From Mobula hypostoma (taxonomy: Eukaryota), in assembly GCF_963921235.1 (NCBI RefSeq), contig NC_086102.1, forward strand, positions 165,292,001 through 165,356,000: a stretch of DNA of 64,000 nt. The letters run 5' to 3'. Positions 12,418 through 25,040 of the stretch are shown here, in pieces. Made by a program: the position numbers and the translations under genes. How positions within the stretch are numbered: the stretch's first letter is position 1; each line of letters begins with the position of its first letter. Under the pieces are notes generated by a model. It did not search any database. It was not told the origin of the DNA and worked only from the letters and a program-made list of their open reading frames with translations.

Positions 12418-14189
12418 GTGAGTTTCCCCACTGGAAAGAGAAAACGTGACTCTTTAAATTTATCTTCATCTGTGCTTTTATCTGTAAAAGCTAATGATAG
12501 AATGTTCCTTAGGTCAGATCTTAAATACAATGTTCGTCATAATGTCTCAAAACAGTTTTTAAATGAGAACTTTATTCTAATGCTAGTTTGATAGGTGTAT
12601 ATTAATGTAACATGGGTAACTATGAATAACCTTCATAATCTTTGGAGTATTAACTTAATGAAGTTTCTTATTTTGCGTTTTCATTGAAGAAAATTGCAAA
12701 ATTGAAGACTAAAAGTGCTCTCAATGCATAATTTATTCATTTGTACCTAAATGAGCAGACATTTGGAATAGAAATTATCTATGATTAAAGGAAATGAAAA
12801 CTAGAAATATGGAGGGTTAAAGAATATTTCTTAATTGCACACTTGAAGTAAATATAAGTAATTGTTCTAATTTGGATTATAGTACATAACTGGTATGGTA
12901 GCCGTTGTGGGTTATTTTGTATTTGTTATCAGCAGGATCACTGAGGAAATGATGCCAGTACAAGAGGAGTAAGACTAAAATAAATTTAAAGATTGAAGAC
13001 AATCTTAAATGAGTAAATTATCTTCTCCTCATTTATTAATATATTAACTCTGGTTTGTTCCTGTTGATTCTAAACATGGAAACAATGTAAAAAAAAGTCC
13101 TTTATTATCTGCCCCTGACTGATATACTGGTTTGTGTCTTCATTGTACTTCTATCTTGTATGCTAATTATTACTGTATGAATTGAAAACTTTGTAAAATA
13201 TGAGATTAATTTCCAAAATTGAAAGGATTTCACACTCATTGAGTTGACCAGAAGTGAAGATAGTGTGGTGTAATTGCACAGTTAATAATAGACCCCAATA
13301 ATAAACAAACTTTCAGGAGAAGTTTGCCTATGATTTAACTTTCCACTTGTAGTTTTGATTAGAGTTTATTATTTCCTTTGAACATGTATAGCTAGTAGAA
13401 TTAAAACATTGTTTTTGCTGGATGAACTGTGAATCTTTACTTACAACGTAAAGAAGCTTGCTTTGTAAGGTTCATGATTCATTGTTGAATCATAGAATTA
13501 AAAATGTGCAGTGTACTGTTATCTGTCTTTGTCAGAGGATCAAAGTCATTGCAAACGAGTGATGTACCAAAAGCAAATTTGCCACATAGCCATTTTTTTC
13601 TGAACAATTTGCTGCCTGCTGTTCCTGTTTTCCCTCCAGCAAGTCACTGACTACCCCCTGCACATCCCTGCCCGTAAAATAATGATTAAGGGAGTATTTG
13701 TCATACATTTATGAGTGGAAGCATTGCGTGATGTAGAAGGCATCTACTGAAATTGGGGATCCTTTTTTTCTTCTTTATATAGATCGTATCAAAACTTTAA
13801 TGCTCTATTTTTCTCTGCACAACATTTGTACCAGGGTTTAAAAAAACATACATTTGAAAACAATCATAACAGGAGGTTTGTGTGTGTTCAAGTTATTGTC
13901 ATAATGTACCAAGTCAGTACTTGCAGTTTCCAGGTGTGAAAGACTCATGCAGATAACATTTATGGTGGCTGTTTCTTAATTAATATCTTAACTGATGCAC
14001 TTTAGCTTCATTGGTGCTTGGAAAATATTGGCTCACTGATAAAACATTTGTCTTGAATTAATTATATTCATTGTTAAGAGACAAAAATTGGATTAAATAT
14101 ATGAGGAATATGGACAATTACAAGTAGTACAGGAAAATTAGTTTTGAATTACCTAAGTCCCATAATACAATTAGTTTGTACCTGCAAAT

Positions 14190-15365
14190 ATACAAAGATC
14201 AACATACATTTATCATGAAAATATACATTGTAGTATATCTGACTCATACGGCCAGATTTGGGAACAGCTTCTTTCCAACTGTGATAAGACTGCTGAATGG
14301 ATCCTGACCCGGATCTGGGCTGTACCCTGCAAATATCCGGACCTGCCTCTTGGTTTTTTTGCACTACCTTACTTCCCATTTTTCTATTTTCTATTTATGA
14401 TTTATAATTTATATTTTTAATATTTACTATTTTTAACTATTTTTAATATTTTTAATTTTTAATATTTGTAATCCAGGAAGTGTGAAGCACAGAATCAAAT
14501 ATCGCTGTGATGATTGTATGTTCTAGTACCAATTGTTTGGCGACAATAAAGTATAAAGTATCTCCTTACAGGCATCCACAAAACAAAGAAACCAATTAAA
14601 ATCCATGAAAACAAAAGAAGACTGTTGAACACCCAACGTGCATGGAAAAACAAATCTTTTAAACAATAGAAGTAAGCAAATAGTATTCAGAACTGAGGTT
14701 CATGAAAGTGAGTCCACAGCCAATCCAGGAGCCCGTTAGTTGCAGGCCATAGCCTTGGTCCAGTGCAGAGACAAGTAAGCCTCAAAGTGCAGCAAGTTGA
14801 ACCAGCGTATCCCTTGCCCCTGGCCATGACACCCTGGCCTTTTCATTCTGATCCGGCGCTTAAATCGTCCAAACCGTGATTCGTTCCTTGCTCCTGGACC
14901 CGGGTCCTGCTGCTTCGATGCGCTCGCAGGCCTTGATTCGGCCTGTACCTGACCTTTCCAATTTGCTCAGTGCTTAAATCAATGAAACCTTGGGTCTTTT
15001 CTCACTCTTGGGCCTGGGCTCCACCTTGATTCTGCTTTGCCTCCGCTCACCTTGCCTCAGTTCTTCTGCATCGAATTGCCTCTAAGTCTGCTCCAGCAAC
15101 GGCAATACATAGGCTCACTGCCCGCTGTCAGGCCTGGACCCTACTGCCTCGATTCGGCTGGTACACTCCACACCACAACCGTGTTGCACCTTCGAGACTT
15201 CAGTTCACACCGCAAGAATGCCAGGTCCTACAAGCAATTCAAAAGCTATTGTTTGCAGTGATCGTTTACCATAAAAAGAGTGATTAATAAAGTATTTAGT
15301 TGTTTTCTTTGTTTTATTTGTCACCAGCAAGTAGTCGCTGAGCTTCACCAGCTCCATCTTAAACG
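14190..15365 (-). mobile_element. Non-autonomous retroelement (aagatgg-type head, Rex-like tail) with a nested + strand Rex1/Babar 3' end at about 14245-14520
   Basis: A GC-rich, non-coding body stands out from the AT-rich flanks. The nested piece reads RFGNSFFPTVIRLLNG and ends gacaataaagtataaagta. Confidence 0.55.
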
Positions 15366-15829
15366 AAGCCTAATATACCTAATTAAAGTCATAAGACTCC
15401 ACTGAAAACGTGCTATTAATAGGTGGCTATGAGTGCCTTCATAAAGGGGAAAGCCCTACAAAAAAGCTAATTTGTCAGTATAATCTAATTTCTGCTTGTT
15501 CTACAGCTCTTTCTGTTGGGTAGCTTTATTGTGATAAACAAGTTCAAAGTTATATGAATAAATAATTTCAAAGTAAGCTTTTAAAGCCGCTTAAAGAGTA
15601 CAATATTTTAGAAGGTGCACTAAATTGAGGATTATTCCAGTTTTTTAATTTGTTCAGTATATGAGAGACAGGAACAAATTCCTGCATGTATCTGTTAAAT
15701 ACACTATTAGCAAATTTGACACATTTTTGTACCTTGATGTAGTTATGATGCTTTTGCCAGTCTACCATCATGGGCTGTTGTGCAACACTGGACCCTCAAT
15801 GCTCGGGATGAGGAATGTTACAGAGGATT

Positions 15830-16070
15830 TTTAACTTGGTTTGTTAATTCTACTAGTGAGTCTGGGAATTTTGCAGTGACAATACTGGTGATATTATCCC
15901 CCATACTTTGAGGTGCCAGCTGCTGTTTGTCCGTGTGTCTGAGGAATAAGAGAGAGCAGGGAATTCTGCTTTGCAGACTGTGACCTTGTTGCTGGGTTTG
16001 AGACCTTGGTCTCTAAATAGTCTTTTCCTTGGTTTGGTGAAAGTTGTCATCATGTATGGGAATTGTCATT
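15830..16070 (-). mobile_element. RTE-clade LINE fragment
   Basis: ORF 15853..16053 (FTKPRKRLFRDQGLKPSNKVTVCKA..PALSYSSDT) resembles the RTE FGRLRKRVF...TK..VY.AV..P.LLYG.ETW region. Confidence 0.65.
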
Positions 16071-16199
16071 GCTATTGAGAGGGAGCTTCAGACTTTTACT
16101 TTTCTTTAGTTTATTGTCGATAGGTAGAGTTGTGTGGTGGAGCAGGTTAATAGATAATTCTGTTTTTTGGATGTTACTACTTGTTTCAGACAAAACATA

Positions 16200-17085
16200 G
16201 AGTCACCTTCATAAATCCCCATTGACCCCCAATAACTGTGATTTCATTCTCTTGAGACTGACACGTGAGCATCCTTCAGGAGGATGAATCTATGCAAAAC
16301 TTGTGACCCAGACGGTGTACCTGGTCGGGTACTGTAGTCTTAACTGGCTGGAGTGTTAATTGACATCTTCAACCTCTTGCTTCGGCAGTCTGAGGGTACC
16401 CACCTGCTTCAAGCAGACTTCAATCATACCAATGCACAAGAAGAGCATGGCATCCTGCCTCAGTGACTATAGTCTAGTTGCACTTATATCCATTGTGATG
16501 AAGTGGTTTGAGAGATTGATCATGAAGTGTATCAACTCCTGCTTGAGAAGTGACCTGAATCCACTCCGTTTTGGCTACCATCATAACAAGTCAACGACAG
16601 ATACCCTTCATTCAGCTCTGGAATACACGGCCAATGAATACATTAGGAGCTTTTCATTGATTGCAGCTCATATTCAATGCTGTTGTCCCCTCAACACTCA
16701 TCACTAAGCTCTAAGGCTTGGACCTCGATACATCGCAATGCAACTAGATCCTTCACTTCCTCACTTGTAGACCCCAGTCAGTTTGGATTGGCAGCAATAT
16801 CTCCTCCACAATCACCATCAGCTCAGGTGCACCACAAGACTGTGTGCTTAGCCCCTGCTTTACTCACTTAATATTTATGATTGTGCGGCCAAGTATAGCT
16901 CCAATGCCAAATATAAATTTGCTGACAGCACTACTGTTATTGACCAAATCAAAGATAGTGATGAATTAGCATATAGGAGGCAGACTGAAAATCTAGTTGA
17001 GCGGTGCCACAACAACATCCTTTCACTCAACATCAGCAAAACCAAAGAGCTAATTATTGACTACAGGAGGAAGAAATCAGGGGCC
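16200..17085 (+). mobile_element. Rex1/Babar-like RT fragment
   Basis: VPTCFKQTSIIP..CLSDYSLVALISIVMKWFERL, plus KFADSTT and NISKTKELIIDYRRK remnants. Confidence 0.85.
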
Positions 17086-17499
17086 ATGGCTTTGATTTGA
17101 TTTAATGAATTAATTTGCTCTTTCCGTAGCTGCAGCTCTTATATTGTATATAAACGTAAACCTATTTTGTACTTTTACCATTGAGATGCTTCATTTTTAT
17201 GTACAGGTATGTCTGATTTGCTCCTGGCATGCTCTTTTATTTTCATGTTTGAACTAGGACTTGTCTTTTGCCTTAATGGTAGTTGTATGCTTTTTAAAAT
17301 TAATTTATAGGATGTGGTTGTTGCTGGGAAATCGGTGTAATTGCCTCTGAATAGGTGATGGGAAACCAACTTCTCGAGCCACTGTAGTGTCTGATGAAAG
17401 TATTCTCACTGTGTTGAGGCAGACAGAGCACTACCAAACATGGTGAGTTCTTTCTCATTGCGTGGGCTTTTGTCTTACTTCTTAAACCATTGAAGAGAC

Positions 17500-20400
17500 A
17501 GGGTCTAGCGGAGTGGCCATCATCGGAGTGGGAGCTAGAGTCAGAGTGGGCACTTTGAGGCTTTGACAAGAAGAGGCTGAGACCAAAGAAACAAGTAAGA
17601 AAGGTAGGTTTTTCCTTTCGTTTTGCTGAACGAATGGTGTTGGTTGCCCATAGTACAGTGCAGGCAGGGTTGCAGGTATGGCATTGGAATGCTCCTCCTG
17701 CAGGATGTGGGAATTCATGGATCCTGATGGTCTCCCTGATGACTACACCTGTGGGAAGTGTAGCCAACTCCAGCTCCTGAAGGACTGAATTAAGGAGCTG
17801 GAGTTTGAGTTGGATGAACTAAGGATCATCTGGGAGGCAGAGAAATTGATAGGTAAGACTTTTGAGCAGATGGTTACACCCAGAGTGCAAAATTCAGGGA
17901 GTTGATGAGTGAACACAGAGAGGTAAAGGGAGAAAGAAGTCAGTGCATGGTCCCCTGTGGCCATTCCCCTCTGTAAGAGGTATACCCCTTTGGATACTGC
18001 TGAGGGGGAGGCCTATCAGGGCAATGCAGCAGCAGCCAGACCAATAGCACTGTGGTTGGCTCTGAAGCTCAGAAGGGTTGGGTGAAATCAGGTAGAACAA
18101 TGGTCATACGGGACTTGATAGTTAGGGGGACAGATTGGAGATTCTGCAGCAGCAAAAGAGACACCAGGATAGTGTGTTGCCTCCCAGGTGCTAGAGTCCA
18201 GGATGTCTCTGAGCAGTTGCAGAATTTTCTTGGAGGGGAGGGTGAGCAGCCAGAGGTCGTGGTGTGCAGTAAGTTTAGGGAATTAGGAAGGAGGCTGAAG
18301 AGCAGGACCTCCAAGGTGCAGGGGGCAGGGTTTCAAGTTCTCAGATAATTGGAACCTTTTCTGGGAAAGGGGTGACCTGTACAAGTGGGACGAGTTGTAC
18401 CTGAACTAGGGGGAACCAATATATTGGGAGGGAGGTTTGCTAATGCTTTTGGGGAGGGTTTAGACTAGATTTGCAGAGGGATGGGAACCAAAGTGAAGAG
18501 GATGGGCGGTTGGAACTCAAATAGAGATAGCTTGTAGGGGGTTTGTGAGGAAGGACAGGCAAAGATGCACTCAGCCAGATGGTTTGAGATATGTCTCTTT
18601 TAATACAAGGAGAATCATAAACAAGGCGGATGAACTTAGAGCATGGATCAATACGTGGAACTATGACGTTGTGGCCATTACAGAGACTGCGATGTCTCGG
18701 GCAGGAATGGCTACTGAGTGTGCTGGGCTTTAGGTGTTTCAAAAAGAACAGAGAGGGAGGCAAAAGAGGTGGAGGCATGGTATTGCTAATCAGGCCTAGT
18801 ATCATGGCTGCAGAAAAGGTGGAAGCCATGGGGAGATTGTCTACTGAGCCAGTGTGGGTGGAAGCCAGAAACAGTATGGGGTAATAACTCTACTGGGTGT
18901 TTTTTTTATATATAGACCTCCCAGTAGTACCAGAGACATCGAGGAGCAGATAGGGAGGCAGATTCTGGAGCAGTGCAATAATAATAGGGTTGTTGTGATG
19001 GGTGATTTTAATTTTCCTGATATTGACTCATCTCCTTAGAGCAAAGGGTTTGGATGGGTAGAGTTTGTTAGGTGTGTTCAGGAAGTTTTCCTGACACAAT
19101 AGTAGATAAGCCAACTAGAGAAGAGGATGTACTTGATCTGGTATTGGGAAATGAACCTGGTCAGGTGTCAGATCTCTCAGTGGGAGAGCATTTTGGAGGT
19201 AGCGATCACAACTCTATCTCCTTTACCGTAGTGCTGGAGAGGGATAGGAGCAGACGATTTGAGAAAACATTTAATTAGGGTATGGGGAAATATGAAGTTA
19301 TTAGGCAGAAACCTGTGGGCATAAATTGGGAGCAGATTTTCTCAGCACGCAAAAACGTGGCAAATGTTCCGCATAGGTATGTTCCATTGAAGCAGGGAAA
19401 GGAACCATGGTGTACAAAGGATATAGATAATCTAGTTAAGAAGAAAAGAAAAACTTACAAAAGGTTCAAGGAACTAGGGCCTATTAGAGCTCTAGAAAAT
19501 TACGTTGCCAGGAAGGAGCTTAAGAATGACATTAGGAGAGCTAGAAGGGGCCATGAGAAGGCCTTGGTGAGCAGGATTAAGGAAAACCCTTTATGTGAAG
19601 AGCAAGAGGATGAGCTGTATGAGAATAGGACCAATCAAGTGCAATAGTGGCAATGTGTGCATGGTGTTGGAGGAGGTAGTGGAGGTACTTAATGATAACT
19701 TTTGCTTCAGTATTCACCAGTGAAAAGGACCTTGGCAATTGTGGGGATGACTTACAGTGGACTGAAACACTTGAGCATATAGGCATTAAGAAAGAGGATG
19801 AGCTGGAGTTTTTGAAAAGCATTAATTTTGATAAGTTGCTGGGACCGGACGAGATATACCCTAGGCTACTGTGGGAAGTGAGAGAGGAGATTGCTGAGCC
19901 TCTGGCAATGATCTTTTCATCATCAATAGGGACGGGAGAAGTACTAGAGGATTGGAGTACCAGAGGGTTGTTCCCTTGTTCAAGAAAGGGAGTAGAAATA
20001 ACCCAGGAAATTATAGACTAGTGAGTCTTACTTCAGTTTTGGGCAAGCTTTTGGAGAAGTACCTGAGAGGCAGGATTTACAGTCATTTGGAGAACTATAA
20101 TCTGATTAGGGATGTCAGCATGGCTTTGTCTTGCCTAATGAGCCTGATTGAATTCTTTGAGGATGTAACAAAACACATTGATGAAGCTAGAGCAGTGGAT
20201 GTAGTGTATATGCATTTCATTAAGGTATTTGTTAAGGTTCCCCATGCAAGGCTCATTCAAAAGGTAAGGAGGCATGGGATCCAAGGAGATCCAGCTTTGT
20301 GGATCCACAGAAAGCAATGGATGGTTGTAAAAGGTTCGTATTCTGCATGGAGTTCGGTGATCAGTGGTGTTCCGTAGGGATCCCTCCTCTTTGTGATTTT

Positions 20401-21340
20401 TATAAATGACCTGGATGAGGAAGTAGAAGTTTGGGTTAGTAAGTTTGCTGATGACACAAAGGTTGGGGGTGTTGTGGGTAGTCTGGAGGGTTGACAGCGA
20501 TAGGATGCAGAACTAGGCTGAGAAGTACAGATGAAGTTCAACCCAGATAAGTGTGAAGTGGGTCATTTTGGTAGGTCAAATTTGAAGACAGAGTATAGTA
20601 TTCAAGGTAAGACTCTTGGCAGTGTGGAGGATCAGAGAGATCTTCGGGTCTATGTCCATAGGACACTCAAAACTGCTGTACAGTTTGACAGAAGGCGTAT
20701 GGTGTATTGGCCTTCATCAACCGTGGGATTGAGTTCAAGAGCCATGAGGTAGTGTTACAGCTATATAAGACCTTAGTTAGACCTCACTTGGAGTACTGTG
20801 TTCAGTTCTGGTCACCTCACTACAGGAAGGATGTAGATACAGTATTACAGAGAGAGTGCAGAGGAGATTTACAAGGATGTTGCCTGGATCGGAGAGTGTG
20901 CCTTCTAAGAATAGGTTGAATGAACCAGGGTTTTTCTCCTTGGAACGACAGAGGATGAGAGGTGACCTGATAGAGGTGTGTAAGATGATGAGAGGCATTG
21001 ATCGTGTAAATAGCCAGAGGCTTTTTCCCAGGGCTGACATGGCTAACATGAGGGGGCATAATTGTAAGGTGCTTGGGAGTAGATACAGGGGTATGTCAAA
21101 GGTAAGTTTTTCACACAGAGAGTGGTGGGTGTGTAGAATGCACTACCAGTGACTGTGGTAGAGGCGGATACAATAGGGTCTTTTAACAGTCTCTTAGATA
21201 GGTACTTGGAGCTTAGAAAAATAGAGGGCTATGCTGTAGGGTAATTTGAGACATTTTCTAGAGTAGGTTACGTGGTCGGCACAATATTGTGGGCCAAAGG
21301 GCCTGTAATGTGCTATAGATTTCTATGCTGTATGTTCTAT
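17500..21340 (+). mobile_element. Near full-length decayed CR1 LINE (ORF1 zinc finger and SGNH esterase-like domain; ORF2 APE endonuclease and RT)
   Basis: ORF1 remnants: CSSCRMWE...YTCGKC at about 17690-17760 and VCCLPGARVQDVSE. APE motifs: YDVVAITET, GGKRGGG, YRPP, MGDFNFPDI, LDLVL, SDHN. RT motifs: NYRLVSLTS, KFADDTK, RPHLEYCVQFWSP. Tail ttctatgctgtatgttctat. Confidence 0.93.
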
Positions 21341-22107
21341 CTAGACACAATGATATTGAATACAATTCTGCCATTGAATACATTTACATTGCTTAACTTG
21401 AGCTGGATGTTTTTTGAATTTACCTATTTTTAATGCCAGTTTTTTCAATGGTAGGTTTTAAAAACAATCCACTGCAATATTATTCAGTTATTCAAAACAG
21501 ACAGCAATATACATATTATTCAAACACGGCAAAGAAATATTTTCAATATTTTCTGCTTTAAGGTTGATGAATGCTACATTTGAGGATTTTAGAATTCTGA
21601 AGATGGGATTAATTTTTTTTCGTGCAGATAAATGGATGGTCTATTATAGTTTTTCAAACTGAGGAAATGTCCTTTCTCTTTGTTTTCTAAGCCACTAATT
21701 TGAAATTGAGGATCGTGAAAAGTAATAGTTAGGAAAAACTCATATTGTTTTCAAGGCCTATCATGAAATGGCATTTATCATAGTTCTTTCTTGACCTGGA
21801 ATTAGACCACAAAAATTTACATACAGAAAGTTTTAATGATTTGGAAGTTGAAGTTTAATTCTTAGACATCACCACTGTTTCTCATTAATGCTTGCAAGAC
21901 TTTGCTCCATTTTCTTGAAAAATTGTTTGTGTGGATGGTTGTCATAGTTTTCAATTGGACACTGGAAATGAGAAGATAGAAGCTGATGTACCAGATTTTA
22001 AAAAAATTGAATGTGAAGCTTTGAAATAATGTTTGAACGAATAAGATTCCATACATAAAAATATTGCAGGGAGATTGTCAGCATTATATATTTATATTGT
22101 AGTATAG

Positions 22108-22240
22108 AGTCCTGATGAAGGGTCTTGGCCCAAAATGTCGACTGTACTCTTTCCTATGGATGCTGCCTGGCCTGCTGAGTTCCTCCAGCATTTGTGTGTG
22201 TTGCTTGGATTTCCAGCATCGCAGATTTTTTCTTCTTTGT
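22108..22240 (+). mobile_element. Short Penelope-derived hammerhead element with a mutated core
   Basis: agtcCTGATGAagggtcttggcccAAAATGTCgact: GAAAC has become AAAAT, and both changes are at CpG sites. The family tail follows. Confidence 0.85.
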
Positions 22241-23949
22241 TACTGCAGGGTAATGTTTTTATTTGTGAAAGCCTACACCACCATTTAAAAAAAACACATG
22301 GGTCATACTTCAGAAAAAAAGTACATCAAAAGTCGTTGCACTGATTATTTCAGTTTATACTGGAAAAGATTGCGACAGCATTTTCAGTGCAGGAACGTTC
22401 AAACAGATTCTGGGCTGAATTTTAACTGAACATGTCTGTTGTTCCAGAAGTTACTGTGATAATTTATTTTTATAACAATGAGCTGACAACCACACTGTAG
22501 ATATTCCCAAACTTATGAGCACCTGTACATCTGAACGAGTAATTTGGAGATTGGTGGGATTGATTTACTGGCTACTACAGGACTGCACACATATTTAATG
22601 GTGTGAGGAATCAGTTCGTAACTGCATTTCCTACAAACTGTTCACTGAAACAGAACCCAATATACATCTCTGTAAATTTTTGAATCACTGAAGCTGCTGG
22701 TTGAAGTCCAGATAAAAACAAACCAGGATCAAGTTGTGATGATGTGATATTAGTTAAATGCTCATTTTATATGACTTAATTCAAGAAATATTTATTAATT
22801 TTTTTGCTCTCAGAAAGCTATAACTTATCATTTGATAGATGATGGGATTGATTCTACTTACTTGTGAAAGGAGGTGACATTAAATCATTTTGCTTTTATT
22901 GCTGTATGTTTTAGCATCCATACACTTATTTTCAGAAACAATAAACAGGTCTTTATATCTATTTAATAGAAATGCAAAGATGGATGTAGTATGGATGATA
23001 AAGCAGGGAAAATATCTGTTTACCTGGAATTTTGTGTAACTGATAGCAATTTGATGTAGGATGTAGACATTAATCCCCTTCAGCCTTCTCCATCCTTTAG
23101 TTATTTCAGAGGTGTGCAGTACTTTTAACTCGGCAGACCAGTTTTGATCTATTACCACTTAATCTGTTAATCTTAGTTTTGAGAGTTTAAGTCTTCCAAA
23201 TCTATACTTGTGAGAAACCAGTGATTATATCTCTGCTTTTTAAAAATATAAAATAAGATGTGCCAAGTAATTTGGGGATCTATTGAGTTAGATGCAGCCA
23301 CTGAAAACCAATAGCTAAGTTGGAACTATCTCAAGAAAGTAACAAGAATTCAAAAGCGGCTCCAGTATGATCAGTTATTTGTAATACAACAACTTGCTGA
23401 AAATTATAGTCAATGCAGACATGAATTTACCAGTGTTACTGATTTTAAGCATGTATTTGACAGTTTGACAGAAATTCTTTTCAAAGTTGCGACTTAAAAA
23501 TGTCAACGGTTTGGCAAATGGGGTATACAAAATACAGCATGCACAAAAAGCTTGATTTTGGAGACTGACCTAAAGCAATGGGTTGTAGAAAATCTATCTT
23601 TATCCCTTAATTTGTTTACCATTATGGTTGAAAAGGTAATGAACACATTCTTGGTGCCATGGTTGCAAACAAATTGTCATTTTTAAAACTTTGTTGAAAA
23701 GTGTAACATTGATTGCAGAAGATGAAAATGACTGACAGATTATTGTGTAGCACTGAAAGCTGCAGATATAGATTTAAGACCTTGTTAAAATTACTCAAAA
23801 AAACCTGGCAAATATGTACGGGCATATGTAGAGTTCATGGATAACAAGATTTTGAAGATTGCAGAATGAGCTACTGCATGTATTTTTTTTATGAAGGTGA
23901 CTAATGTACAAGAGACAGTATGTTAGCTCTGACTTCATTCACTCTACTA

Positions 23950-25040
23950 GAGATATTCCTTTTATCCTATCCATTCTTCCACACTCACCACTACTTAAAA
24001 CTATTTTCTCTTTTCCCAGTTCTAATGAAGGGTCTTAGACCTGAAACGTTAACCTATTTTGCTTTTCCACAGGTTTCTGGCTGATCTACTGAGCATTTCT
24101 AGATTTTTTGTTTTGGTTTCAGATGACCTTAAACTGCTGTTTTTAAAAATTTCAGCTCTTCCATCTTCTACTGAGCACGGCTTGTTTTCTGTTTTATTTT
24201 TGTTTCAGATTACCTTAAACTGTTGATTTTTTGATTTTCAGTTAGCCCCTCCACCTTCTCTTCTACTAACTCTCTTAATTATGACAAAGGGGCCCAGAAT
24301 TGAATGTTAACTGTTTCCCTTTCCATAGATGCTCTTTGCATTTTCTATTAATCACTATTAGCATTCCTGGAAGAAGCATGGGAGTCAATTCAAACTTGAA
24401 GCACTTTCTCGTGGGATGTATGTCTCCTTCCCTCATTCACCCTCAATGATTCCCATTCTCCTCATCGATTTTTGATATGTCTTGACCAAAACTCAGTTCC
24501 ACCGCCATCTCTTTCCTCAGCCAATATCTCAAGAGTTTCAGTGCAAAACCCATTCTTTCACCTTGCCTCACTGCACCATCAATGGATCAAAAAGGCCCTT
24601 CCAGGTGAAACAGTGTTCAGTTATACTTAACAATCTCTTATTTTACATTTGGTGTTTATGTCATTATCTCTCCTATTTTGGAGAAACCAGATGCAGATTG
24701 GGAATCTGCAGAATACCTCCATTCAGTCTGCAAGGCTGATGCTAAACCTGTGTTCTATCTGTCTGTGGCCTTGTAAGATTTTCAATAAAACTTAAAATAA
24801 GCCTGAGAACAGCACCTCATTTTCTGTGTAGGCAAATTGAAGCCTTTAGAACTCAATACAGAATGGAATCATTTCCGATAACTTGCTTTCTCTGTATCGG
24901 AGCTGACCAGTTTAATTAGGTTATAAGTGTTTTGTTACATTAATTTAAATTTTCACTCTCCAGAAATTTCACATGATGCCCTGGACATTTCCAGCATTTT
25001 CCTTTTGGTTTCAGGTTTCAGTAGCTCATTTTGTTTTCCT
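23950..25040 (+). mobile_element. Old Penelope-like element cluster (GIY-YIG remnant, eroded hammerheads)
   Basis: ORF 24482..24739 (KRPFQVKQ...LLFYIWC...SYFGETRCRLG) is GIY-YIG-like. A hammerhead-like cagttCTAATGAagggtcttagacctGAAACGTT is at 24017-24050, with a more eroded copy near 24280. Confidence 0.7.
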
